A stretch of 64,000 bases of DNA from a virus: IMG/VR virus record IMGVR_UViG_3300026557_000002, positions 33,154-97,153 of that record; one strand, given 5' to 3'. Below, in pieces: positions 38,102 through 47,120 of the stretch; within the stretch, counting starts at the first letter, position 1; every line of letters begins with the position of its first letter. The notes beneath the pieces are model-generated. The model ran no database searches, was not told the origin of the DNA, and worked only from the letters and a program-made list of their open reading frames with translations. The position numbers and the translations under genes are program-made.

Positions 38102-38892
38102 TATTTCTTCTCCTGATAATCTACGATCCCATTCGCCATGATGTACGTCTTGATCCCGCGCTTGACAAAACATGGGCGCTCTGGGAAGAGCGCGCGGTTA
38201 CGGAACTTTTTATACTCCGCGCTATCCGTTCCTTGCTGCTGATTTATGTTTGCTCCCGGGACGAAGCCGACTTTGAAGCCAGCACGGCGCATATCAACAA
38301 ACCAAGCACCATGTTCTCCCCCACCGATTTTTACATCGTCGTCCCAACGAAGTTCTTTAAAAGTCTCGCGACGGAACAGCGTATAGTTCACTGTCAGGTC
38401 TACATCGAAGACCTCAAGGAATGAACTCTCTTTGACACGTTCGTCAATCTTGGCATCATGTTCTGCTATGATGCCTTTATTCTCTGACAAGAACGTCTCG
38501 TAAGGTCGATTGTCTACTCGCCCCGAGACAGCATAATACCTAGGGTGCTTTTCAAGAATTGCCAGCATCTTCTCGATTCCCACGCGAACGCTCGGATCAG
38601 CGAAATCGAAATCATCACTAGCCACAAGAAGGTACGGCGTATCCAAGGCGTCGATGATCGCATTACTCATGGCTCCAAATCCGGCGTCGAAATTTAATTT
38701 CAAAAATTTCCAATCATTGTAGGCTACATAACCTGCGAAATTGATATTTTTTGTAAAAGTTTCATGACCGCAATCGGCTACAATAACCTTAACATCCGAT
38801 CCCCAACTCACTATGTCGCCGAGAGTCTTCAGTAACTTTTCGTCGCGGAGAAACGTCTTGATTCCGATGCTGATTTTAGATAGATCTAACAT
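38101..38892 (-). CDS. GT2-like glycosyltransferase
   Basis: IKTFLRD, IVADCG, FDAGFG, SDDFDF, GGGEH. Confidence 0.8.
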   Translation of the reverse strand: MLDLSKISIGIKTFLRDEKLLKTLGDIVSWGSDVKVIVADCGHETFTKNINFAGYVAYNDWKFLKLNFDAGFGAMSNAIIDALDTPYLLVASDDFDFADPSVRVGIEKMLAILEKHPRYYAVSGRVDNRPYETFLSENKGIIAEHDAKIDERVKESSFLEVFDVDLTVNYTLFRRETFKELRWDDDVKIGGGEHGAWFVDMRRAGFKVGFVPGANINQQQGTDSAEYKKFRNRALFPERPCFVKRGIKTYIMANGIVDYQEKK

Positions 38893-39170
38893 ATCGGTTC
38901 GACACTCTCTATACGTCGGATTCTAATTTTAGAATCGGGCGGTAATACGACTCGGAACTTAATATAGCTAGGATCATCGCAATCACAAAGACCCTCTACC
39001 AATATCTGCGCGCCGTCGCAACACGGACAATTGGCTATCAGGGCTCGACTTTTTCCACCGCTTTTGAATCCACCGCAGATGCAATCCTCTTCTTTGTTAG
39101 TCGGAGGCGTAAAGTTCTCCGGTCTGGCGAAAAGGTGTACGTGCTTGCCGATAATCTCTTCGTGGCTCAT
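38886..39170 (-). CDS. Cys-rich hypothetical protein
   Basis: ORF track; overlaps neighbours. Confidence 0.5.
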   Translation of the reverse strand: MSHEEIIGKHVHLFARPENFTPPTNKEEDCICGGFKSGGKSRALIANCPCCDGAQILVEGLCDCDDPSYIKFRVVLPPDSKIRIRRIESVEPIC

Positions 39171-39796
39171 AAACCCCGATTGATCCTTCGGCTAGTGTCC
39201 TGAGTTCGACGATACTTCTTGGCCTTCCGGTGCGCCTCTTTCCTCAACTGGCACTCAGCGGTCGTCCTCATCAATCGAATTCTGTGTTGGAACTCCTCAG
39301 GAGAAACGTAACCCTCGTTCCCTGTTTCGCCAAAGTTCTTTTTGGACCTCTCGATTAACTGGAGGTCGCCTTGATTCGGGTGCGGATTCTTACGCTTGGA
39401 TTTGAAACCTGCTGCGCCGACTTTCTGCCTCACAGTCGGCTTTTTGTCATGCGGGATACAGGTCGCGAATACCGTGACTTTCTCGCCGGTCTCGAGGTCC
39501 TCTTCTACGTGCAATTCCTTGAATCGCTGCTCGCACTTAAGGACTGAACGGTGCCTTGTTCCGCATACGGAGCAACTGATCATTTTTCCCAACTCCGGAT
39601 GCCTCCCGCTGAACGAGCGATCTTTAATGGCCTGGAGCGCCTTATTGGCTGCGGCTTGTGCCTCTGCGGAGGCGGGAATCGTTTCGGTCTCGACACTGTC
39701 GGCGGAATCTACTGAGACGCGGTTTACGACGTCCGAAGAAACTTCTATATAATGATCTTCACAGGTTCCGTCTTGGCAATCATGCTCATGCGTCAT
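39167..39796 (-). CDS. Hypothetical protein with Zn-ribbon
   Basis: CSVC..RH...C; ATGA overlaps. Confidence 0.55.
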   Translation of the reverse strand: MTHEHDCQDGTCEDHYIEVSSDVVNRVSVDSADSVETETIPASAEAQAAANKALQAIKDRSFSGRHPELGKMISCSVCGTRHRSVLKCEQRFKELHVEEDLETGEKVTVFATCIPHDKKPTVRQKVGAAGFKSKRKNPHPNQGDLQLIERSKKNFGETGNEGYVSPEEFQHRIRLMRTTAECQLRKEAHRKAKKYRRTQDTSRRINRGL

Positions 39797-40419
39797 ATTG
39801 ACCTCCCGTAATCGAATCCTCGGCCAACGCCTTTCTCTGGATCATCTTCTGGCTCGAAGCCGACAATCAAGCTGGCTAGCATTTCTCGATATAATCGCCC
39901 GTACTCCTCGATCCTATCGCGCGCTTCGTTCTTTTTATCCCACTGCCTAGGAAAGGCTTTTGTCAACCCGTCAGAATATGCGTTCTGAATGTGACCCATC
40001 TCAACAGTTGCCGTCCGAGGCGTCTTCTTCGCCAAAGCCGAGCTCCGCTTTTTCTCTTTCTTATCCGCTGGCGGGCGACTAACCAAGACCAAATCGTTAC
40101 CGAACTCCTCGACAGTCTCGTTCGCTATCTCTTTACCTGTTCCGCGGCAAGACGCACATTTCTTAAACTCTGGGTCACCTTTGCACAGTCGGCAAAGGAC
40201 CTCTTGGCCCTCCTCGATCCGGGAAGTAACGACCCAGCTAGCCTCGCCTTCCTTGACCATCTTGGTCGCCCGCCGAAGGCTGATATACTTGCGGCATCTA
40301 CACTTAGGCGCAGGTGGCCAGGCGCTTCCCTCCGCTATCTTTACCTGCTCCTTGCATGTGTGAACCCGAGAGACCGACATAGAACTCCTGTACTTCAGAG
40401 GCTCGCGGGATGGTATCAC
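39793..40419 (-). CDS. Hypothetical protein with DnaJ-type CxxCxGxG motif
   Basis: CRLCKG...CASCRGTG. Confidence 0.55.
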   Translation of the reverse strand: MIPSREPLKYRSSMSVSRVHTCKEQVKIAEGSAWPPAPKCRCRKYISLRRATKMVKEGEASWVVTSRIEEGQEVLCRLCKGDPEFKKCASCRGTGKEIANETVEEFGNDLVLVSRPPADKKEKKRSSALAKKTPRTATVEMGHIQNAYSDGLTKAFPRQWDKKNEARDRIEEYGRLYREMLASLIVGFEPEDDPEKGVGRGFDYGRSI

Positions 40420-40955
40420 GATTTCTTCGGGCGGCCCATCCTGCGCCCATGGATACCGGTATTATTGGCACTTATGCCTTTCGCTACCCTGCGGGCCCGC
40501 TGCAGAATTGAGTTCACAACGGTTGAGCCAATTCTGAGTTCAGCCCCTATCTGGGACTTCGTCATATTCATGCGGTAGAACAAGACCAGGACTGCGGCCC
40601 ACCGAGCCGCGCGCTTTCTCTGCTTACTATCCGTTTGCAGCTTAGGAAAGGCCCTCAGAAGAACCTTTTGTTGAGTCTCTTTGTCGTTTGTAGCCCACAA
40701 AGGAATCTCTTTCTCTCTCGTCCTGATCTTCTTGATCTGGTGGCCTCCAGAAACGAAGCCGTCTCGAGAGTCGAATTTAGTTCTGAGTTGCTCGAAGTCC
40801 CGGTTAAGGCCTGAGACGCGCCGGCCTCGAGTCGGCTCGATCTCGGGAGTAGGATTGCCTTCTCCGTTATCTTGTAATCCGAGTTGATGCATCCCCAGAC
40901 CGTGCTTCCTGAGTTGCTCCTCCCAATACTCTTCTGTCACTATGTCTCGCTTCAT
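40416..40955 (-). CDS. HTH regulator resembling sigma region 4
   Basis: FYRMNMTKSQIGAELRIGSTVVNSILQRARR; heads the gene run leading into the glycan island. Confidence 0.6.
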   Translation of the reverse strand: MKRDIVTEEYWEEQLRKHGLGMHQLGLQDNGEGNPTPEIEPTRGRRVSGLNRDFEQLRTKFDSRDGFVSGGHQIKKIRTREKEIPLWATNDKETQQKVLLRAFPKLQTDSKQRKRAARWAAVLVLFYRMNMTKSQIGAELRIGSTVVNSILQRARRVAKGISANNTGIHGRRMGRPKKS

Positions 40956-42151
40956 TCTGCCTCCGGGTCGCGGTCGGCAAAAAGGTCTTCGGCCGAATCC
41001 TCGTTACTTATGGTGAAATTCAACTTCTTAAACTCTTCGTCGCCTAAAATAAAGGCCCTGAAGTAAGGATCTGATCTATCGTCTCTTGGAAATTTGACCC
41101 CGAATCCATTAGGCCACTCTTTACGATTCCAAGCATTCACGATATCAACAATCTGCCGACCGGCTATCATGCCCGCTTCTTCGGCAGACTCGATACTGAC
41201 ATAACCGGCATTGAACTGTAGGCGCTGTTTAGTAATGATTTCTGCGGGAACTCTGGCTCCGTATTGGGCTAACCACTGATCCCTACGTTCCTTAGCTACC
41301 TTAGTTTGCTCGGTTCTGCCATCTGCTTTCTTACCTTGTGCGCGCTCCATCTCTTCAATCAAGAAGTCGTTGGCGACCAAGATTATTTCGTCCCCGTCGA
41401 TTTGAGCAATAACGGCTTCTTGACCGGCTTTAAATAATCCGCCATCTTCAAGCAAAGTAATGGAAGAGCCTTTTTGAAGCGATCTGGATTTCTTAATAAA
41501 ACCGAGCAGGGCCACGTCGCGAATCCCTGATTGATAGCTATATCGTCTTAGCTGAGAATCGAACGCAGCTATCCCGTACTGTTCTGGCAAATCGGCGGTC
41601 ATAGCCTTCATGTCGATAATCAGGGGGCGCCAAGCACCGTATTCGGGTTTCCAGTTTAACTTGGGCAGCAAAGGATGGTCAGGCTCAACGTAAGATATGA
41701 TATCCAGCTTACCGCAGTCCAAAATATCGCCGTACGTGGGGTCTCCGACAAAAACCTCGCGTTCGCGTTCTTGTTGGAATAGCGATCTTCCGCCCATCGG
41801 GATAGGAAGGCCAGGCTGACGGATTATGTAAAGGCGAATATGGTCTAGACCGTCTAGCAGAAGGTTTTGCCAATCTTTTTCTACCTTGGTGTACTTCAGG
41901 TCTTTATCGGCTTCTTGCAACCAGCGATTCCGGAAGAAATCCAAAGCGCCCTCGCCATTATTCTCGTGGTAAAACTGCACGGTTTCTTCAATGGCTTTGC
42001 CGTATTGGAATCTTGCCAGTGAGTCCTTTTCACGCCAGCCCTGCACCTTTTGCAAAAAGTACTTTTTCGGACTTTGGTCAAATGTATTCCCCGCCGAGAA
42101 AGAATGACGACGATGTTGCTGGCCCTTCGGATTAATATAAAGGAAGCCCAT
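40952..42151 (-). CDS. PD-(D/E)XK (RecB/AddB-like) nuclease
   Basis: SFSA...P.KYFLQ, GKLDII, IIDMK, QLRRY. Confidence 0.75.
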   Translation of the reverse strand: MGFLYINPKGQQHRRHSFSAGNTFDQSPKKYFLQKVQGWREKDSLARFQYGKAIEETVQFYHENNGEGALDFFRNRWLQEADKDLKYTKVEKDWQNLLLDGLDHIRLYIIRQPGLPIPMGGRSLFQQEREREVFVGDPTYGDILDCGKLDIISYVEPDHPLLPKLNWKPEYGAWRPLIIDMKAMTADLPEQYGIAAFDSQLRRYSYQSGIRDVALLGFIKKSRSLQKGSSITLLEDGGLFKAGQEAVIAQIDGDEIILVANDFLIEEMERAQGKKADGRTEQTKVAKERRDQWLAQYGARVPAEIITKQRLQFNAGYVSIESAEEAGMIAGRQIVDIVNAWNRKEWPNGFGVKFPRDDRSDPYFRAFILGDEEFKKLNFTISNEDSAEDLFADRDPEAE

Positions 42152-42561
42152 CAGTTCACCTTTGGGTCCGTGAAGGTCAATAGACCACCGTCAATGCGAT
42201 ACTCATCGAATAGTTCGCAATCGAATTCTTCTGACTCTGTGTCCATCTCATTCCATTTATTAAACTCCGCTTTCTTGGCGACAGGGATAACGTACTCGTG
42301 GCCGCTTTCGTCGCTGGCGAGAGTAAACCTTTCGGTCACGCGAAGATTCTTTTCGTGCTGCTCGCTAGTCTCACCCTTGATTGATTTAACTTTGCTGGGC
42401 TTTCGTTCTTCCATAGGTAGACTAGACGTGGCCGCGACGAACGGCTCGCAATCACAAGTATCTCCTGCGGCGTCTAATCCCCCGCACCGCATTCTAGGAC
42501 CGCTATGCATCGCACCGCTATGAGGGCAGTGTAAACAATAATAATTAGGTTGTTTGGACAT
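42151..42561 (-). CDS. Hypothetical protein
   Basis: Likely start MSKQPN; Cys-rich N-terminus; DESGHEYVIP. Confidence 0.5.
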   Translation of the reverse strand: MSKQPNYYCLHCPHSGAMHSGPRMRCGGLDAAGDTCDCEPFVAATSSLPMEERKPSKVKSIKGETSEQHEKNLRVTERFTLASDESGHEYVIPVAKKAEFNKWNEMDTESEEFDCELFDEYRIDGGLLTFTDPKVN

Positions 42562-44137
42562 ACATCTTAATCTCCCCTTCGAAATTATTAAGGAATTCGC
42601 TTCTGGGACCGGAGTAGCTAATGTGCAAAAAATCAGCGGCGCGGCTGCAAGCCACAAAGAATATTCGCTTCTCTTCTAAAATCTCCCCGTCTTGGTGCGG
42701 CATTTTCCCCTGGGTACATCCTATCACGAAAACGTTCTTCCATTCTCTTCCTTTGGCCTGATGCACCGTCGTCAAGGAAAGGATCGGCTCTTTGTGCTTC
42801 AAGGACTTCGAGCCAAACGTAAGCTTCCTCATCCAGGTAAGAAACTCAGCTAGTGTTCCGCGCTTGGCCGAAAGCTTGACAAGATCGTTGAGATTCTCAG
42901 TCGGGTCCTTCTCATTTGGACTGCCGGAGTTGCGATATAGCCAAGTCAAGTTGTGGTCCGAGATTAGCTTGGTCAAGACCTCATGTGCCGGATGGTAGTC
43001 GTGTGCGTACACCTTGGCTAACTTGAGGAGATGAGCCACCTCAGTCTGTTCCCAGAGGTTTTTTCTACCGAGCATGACCGATTTGATCTGACGGCCTAGG
43101 CATCGCTTCTGGAAGTCTAGCAGCTGGCGATTAGTTCTAGCTATAACGGCGGTGTTCTCGGGATCGGTAATCTTTTTCAGGACTTCGTTGGCTTCTTGAA
43201 GCGAATCGCCGTATTGAACGAAAACCGGCTTGACTCCTTCCTCGCGCTCGGAAATCATATGCGAAGCCAAACCATTATCTACGGGTGTGATCTGTTTAAT
43301 AAAGGAAACGAGGGCGCGGGTGGATCTGAAATTTTGTCCGAGAAATAGTGTTTTCGCTCCTGGAAAAGACTTGGCGAAATTCTCTAGATTTCCTGGCTGC
43401 GCTGATCTCCACTCATAAATCAACTGATTGGAATCACCGACACAAAATATGTTACCACCATAGATAAGTTGTAACAGGCAAAATTGTACGACATCAGTAT
43501 CTTGGGCCTCGTCAACGCACGTGTATTTAATCTTGTTTCTGTCCCGAACTTCAACATTTTCTTCTAACAGCTGAACCGTAACTTTCATTAATGAATCAAA
43601 ATCTAACCAGCCGTCTTCTCGGCATTTCTTCTCGTAGTCTCGATAAGCTGCCGCGAAAAAAAACTCGGCACCATTGTTGTAGGTGTGCTCCATAGCCTCT
43701 TGGGGACTAACGTTCGACCGCTTCCACTCGGATATCCGTTCTTTCAATGCCCGAAAGCTTGTGATTGCCGGGTACTGCTTTAATAAATCTTTCAGCAACT
43801 GAAAGTCCTGCCCGTATACCGGGATGACGGTTTCGCAAAGCGGAAATGGTAGATGCTTAGCCTCCCGCTTGAGAAGATCCATTGCGAAGCTGTGGAAAGT
43901 CCTGAACACCTTCTTGGCATCCATCAGACCGGCTCTGGCTACCATCTCCTCGGCTGCTGAACTCGTAAAAGTCAGGTTCAAAATGTCTGTCTGAGGAATC
44001 CCGCGACGGCCAATCATTTCAAAATACCGTTCGATTAAAACGGACGTCTTGCCCGATCCGGGACCTGCGATCACACAAAAATTTCCGTCAATCGCGTCTC
44101 GGGCGGCTAGCTGTTCTGGATTAAGGGGCAGATTCAT
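42545..44137 (-). CDS. UvrD/PcrA-family SF1A helicase (compact)
   Basis: AGPGSGKT, DEAQD, GDSNQLIY, QNFRS, TVHQAKGREW, FVACSRA. Confidence 0.95.
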   Translation of the reverse strand: MNLPLNPEQLAARDAIDGNFCVIAGPGSGKTSVLIERYFEMIGRRGIPQTDILNLTFTSSAAEEMVARAGLMDAKKVFRTFHSFAMDLLKREAKHLPFPLCETVIPVYGQDFQLLKDLLKQYPAITSFRALKERISEWKRSNVSPQEAMEHTYNNGAEFFFAAAYRDYEKKCREDGWLDFDSLMKVTVQLLEENVEVRDRNKIKYTCVDEAQDTDVVQFCLLQLIYGGNIFCVGDSNQLIYEWRSAQPGNLENFAKSFPGAKTLFLGQNFRSTRALVSFIKQITPVDNGLASHMISEREEGVKPVFVQYGDSLQEANEVLKKITDPENTAVIARTNRQLLDFQKRCLGRQIKSVMLGRKNLWEQTEVAHLLKLAKVYAHDYHPAHEVLTKLISDHNLTWLYRNSGSPNEKDPTENLNDLVKLSAKRGTLAEFLTWMRKLTFGSKSLKHKEPILSLTTVHQAKGREWKNVFVIGCTQGKMPHQDGEILEEKRIFFVACSRAADFLHISYSGPRSEFLNNFEGEIKMYVQTT

Positions 44138-44370
44138 TTTCTACGTTTCGCTTTCAAGACTAGATTCATCATGTGAGAGGCCGCATCAATAGATTTGTCC
44201 TCGTGCATTTGGTGATCTTTGGATAGATGCGCCATCAGGCCTAGGATCATGTGACTGCGCAAGAAATCATGACACTTTACGCACTCTGGGATTCCGTAAG
44301 AACTCAAATCAACCACCTTCGACGTCTGGACTTGTGGGCCGAAAATCCATCGGTTGATTAGGCTGATCAC
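44134..44370 (-). CDS. Small C2H2-like protein
   Basis: CVKC...HLSKDH. Confidence 0.5.
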   Translation of the reverse strand: MISLINRWIFGPQVQTSKVVDLSSYGIPECVKCHDFLRSHMILGLMAHLSKDHQMHEDKSIDAASHMMNLVLKAKRRK

Positions 44371-45764
44371 TTCCCCTGAATCGCTTTCTGGATGTACTCA
44401 ACCAAAGCCGGCGCGCCATTCTTGGCTAGATAGTTATCCATGAATCCAAACAGGTCTTCCCATTGTTCTCGACTCAACTCCGCGACTGGGACGCCTTGCG
44501 TAGCTTGCACGAAGCGGCGCATCTGCATCGTTGGCCCCCCGATAGAATCGATCGGCATCATGCGCCCTTGGGCTGGCAGAATGTTCTGTGCGTAATCCTT
44601 CCACTTCAGAAGGTATGCGGTCTTTTCGGCCTCGGAAAGATTGTCAACCTTGACCGGTTGCGGAGCAGGAGCAACTGGAATAGGTTGCGGGATAGTTACG
44701 ACGCCGGTCAAGACTTCTGCGGCTTTGACCATATCATTGACTATCTGGATGGCTGCGATGGGAAGAGGGGGAAACGGCGTAGTTTCAATTCGCGGCGTTG
44801 TCGCCGAACACTGACTTTCTGGAATGACGGCATTTGGCGACATCTGCAAGATTTCAGTCTTTGGAGCGGTTTCAACGGTTGTTGAAACAGGCTCAATTGG
44901 TGAAATAACGCCTTGGGCGTCAATATGCCCTGCGGGAATCTCGGCTTGAACCGGTTCCTGGCCGGGCGAACTGATATCCTTGGTGTTCTTGCGAGCCGGC
45001 CCTCGACCGCGGCGTTTGCGAGGCTCTTCTGTTATATTCGGGGGACCGCCAGCATCAAAGGCTTGTATTGGCACAGCAGAATTCGCTTGTTCTGGTGCAA
45101 CCAAGGCGGCCTGCGCGGTCGCTCGAAGTTCGGCCTGACGAGCCTCAAATTGCTCCTGAGTCTCAAATTTGACGGTTTCTCCGACATGTGGGGTAAAAGG
45201 AACCCTGTATTCCGTCTTTGTTTCAGGCAAAGGCGTGATGTCTTTGCCTGCTTCTGGACTGAGAACGACCTGCGGGGGTGGCATAACGACGCCAGAACCA
45301 GCTAGCTGTGCATTGGAGGCGGCTGGCGAAGCGTTAGTAGCCGGTATGCCATAAACCTCGCTCTCGTCCAAAACGCCGCACCCAGCGAACTGCATGGTCA
45401 AACGCCGGAGGGCGCGCGTACTCGCGGTCATAACAGCTGAGGCGAGCTTCTCACCCTTTAGGCCCTCGATTGATGCGGAGCCGATAGCGATCTCTGGCCG
45501 TCCCGACCTGTTGACGCCCTCGGCGGTAAAGCAAACGTACCCGGGACCATCTTGGCGCGTCAGGACAGTAACATGAACATCGTGCTTATCGCGGAGAATC
45601 TCTGCAGCGCCACGCTTCGCGTACAGGACTAGACTACTAAACCCATTCTCCTGAGGAATCCAGAAGTAGTCTAGAAGCCCGAGGGCGGGGTCAAGCCCGA
45701 TCTGCTTACTGACCCTAATCTTGTGTTCTTCTCGTTGTTCATTGCTCATATCTGCTAAGTTCAT
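44367..45764 (-). CDS. Putative ssDNA-annealing protein (RecT/Bet-like N-terminus, long disordered C-terminus)
   Basis: GLDP...LYA...MTASTRALRRLT...G.G; adjacent to helicase and nuclease. Confidence 0.55.
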   Translation of the reverse strand: MNLADMSNEQREEHKIRVSKQIGLDPALGLLDYFWIPQENGFSSLVLYAKRGAAEILRDKHDVHVTVLTRQDGPGYVCFTAEGVNRSGRPEIAIGSASIEGLKGEKLASAVMTASTRALRRLTMQFAGCGVLDESEVYGIPATNASPAASNAQLAGSGVVMPPPQVVLSPEAGKDITPLPETKTEYRVPFTPHVGETVKFETQEQFEARQAELRATAQAALVAPEQANSAVPIQAFDAGGPPNITEEPRKRRGRGPARKNTKDISSPGQEPVQAEIPAGHIDAQGVISPIEPVSTTVETAPKTEILQMSPNAVIPESQCSATTPRIETTPFPPLPIAAIQIVNDMVKAAEVLTGVVTIPQPIPVAPAPQPVKVDNLSEAEKTAYLLKWKDYAQNILPAQGRMMPIDSIGGPTMQMRRFVQATQGVPVAELSREQWEDLFGFMDNYLAKNGAPALVEYIQKAIQGK

Positions 45765-45791
45765 TGTCTCATCCTTTTCTAAACTTGCGAC

Positions 45792-45820
45792 ACTTTATCT
45801 TATTTTACGACGTTTGTCAA
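45792..45820 (-). promoter_or_regulatory. sigma70-like promoter
   Basis: TTGACA-N17-TAAAGT. Confidence 0.6.
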
Positions 45821-46095
45821 GCTTTATTTTCGTTCTTGTACTTCAGCAGTCGGCGGGCGATATCCCACGCACAATCTAGGCTTGCCTTAGTTGGGAGGAT
45901 TCGCTCGTCAAACAGCTTGAACTTCTCCGCTACCTCTAACAAGCGGGAGAGATTAAAGTCATCAAATTTAAAGTCTTTCCGGCCTTCGCGCCACTCAATA
46001 AATAGTGGAAGCTGATCGGCAGCGCGCATCTTTCGGCTGACCGCATCAGCCTTTGGCTCCGGCTGTCTTGTTTCTTTTAAAAAGTAGATGCTCAT
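45817..46095 (-). CDS. Hypothetical protein
   Basis: Start overlaps the polymerase stop. Confidence 0.55.
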   Translation of the reverse strand: MSIYFLKETRQPEPKADAVSRKMRAADQLPLFIEWREGRKDFKFDDFNLSRLLEVAEKFKLFDERILPTKASLDCAWDIARRLLKYKNENKA

Positions 46096-47120
46096 TATCC
46101 CTTCCTATAAAACGTGTCTTGAAATCCATCTGCACCTAAAAGTAAGCCGGGGGCCCAAGAAACGGGTCGGCTCATAATGTCGATCATGTCATCAACTCGA
46201 GGAGAAAAAGGATCATCCAAAACTAAAGCCACGCCCTCGTCATGTACATGACCTATAATTGGCAAATCCGCTTCTTCCAGCGCCAACAGCTTTTCGGCCA
46301 AAACATCCCGGGCAATTCCCTGAACCCCGTTTTGATACATCTTCGCGCCGTGCGATTTAGCGGTTGCCCACTTTCCAGTAACTTGATCAGCGTTAGCGTA
46401 AACAAGTCCTGGACGCCAAACTTCATGGCCTTCAGAATCCTCCCAAGGCATCTTGGACATCTCCATCCGAGCGTCCATGTAGTGCAAACGACGACCGCTG
46501 GGAAGCTGCATTCTTAATAATGGATGACGGCCCTGAATATTCAAGCGATCAAACAATATGCATCCATTTATACCAACGCGACGCTGGGTATTCGGGTGGT
46601 CAACGTGCAGAACTTCTTTGAAGGCGTCCTCAAACGCATACCAGCATGTCGGAATTTCTGGATAGGAGTCACGGAACATCCGCGCCACCATATGCGCGGT
46701 CTCCTGCGACATCTCAACGCCAGCCTTCCAAGCGTATCCCCACAGACCTCCGCGAACACGATCCCAGACCCACTCGCCTGTGATAGGATCTTTGTACTTG
46801 CTCTTACCACGCTGCCAATCGCCGCCACTTTGACCATAGATAGCCGCCAAGACACCTGGTTTTGCCATCTGGCGCATCAACTTTGCTGCTGCGGCTACCG
46901 CTTCGTCTGCAGACTTTGAATCAATATAAATCCGATCATACGACAAGCAGTACATCTTGGCCGCGAACGCAATGTACGGATCTTTCCCGTTTCTATGCCA
47001 CTTCCCGTCCGGTCCGACGCAGGGTGTAAACACATCCATCAGCGAAGGGCAGTTTGCCAACCAAGCTCCGACTCGAGTCTCGATCGCATTCTCATCACAA
47101 ATTTGCAATCGGGTCTTCAT
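46095..47120 (-). CDS. DNA polymerase family A, C-terminal catalytic part
   Basis: Motif A DENAIETRV, motif B RQMAKPGVLAAIYG, motif C HVHDE. Confidence 0.9.
   Translation of the reverse strand: MKTRLQICDENAIETRVGAWLANCPSLMDVFTPCVGPDGKWHRNGKDPYIAFAAKMYCLSYDRIYIDSKSADEAVAAAAKLMRQMAKPGVLAAIYGQSGGDWQRGKSKYKDPITGEWVWDRVRGGLWGYAWKAGVEMSQETAHMVARMFRDSYPEIPTCWYAFEDAFKEVLHVDHPNTQRRVGINGCILFDRLNIQGRHPLLRMQLPSGRRLHYMDARMEMSKMPWEDSEGHEVWRPGLVYANADQVTGKWATAKSHGAKMYQNGVQGIARDVLAEKLLALEEADLPIIGHVHDEGVALVLDDPFSPRVDDMIDIMSRPVSWAPGLLLGADGFQDTFYRKG

Noticed and set aside
19282-38892. DNA hypermodification by C5-MTase plus glycosyltransferases
   Set aside because: No TET/JBP oxygenase or hydroxymethylase seen, and the GT families are oligosaccharide-building types; not excluded for genes outside the window
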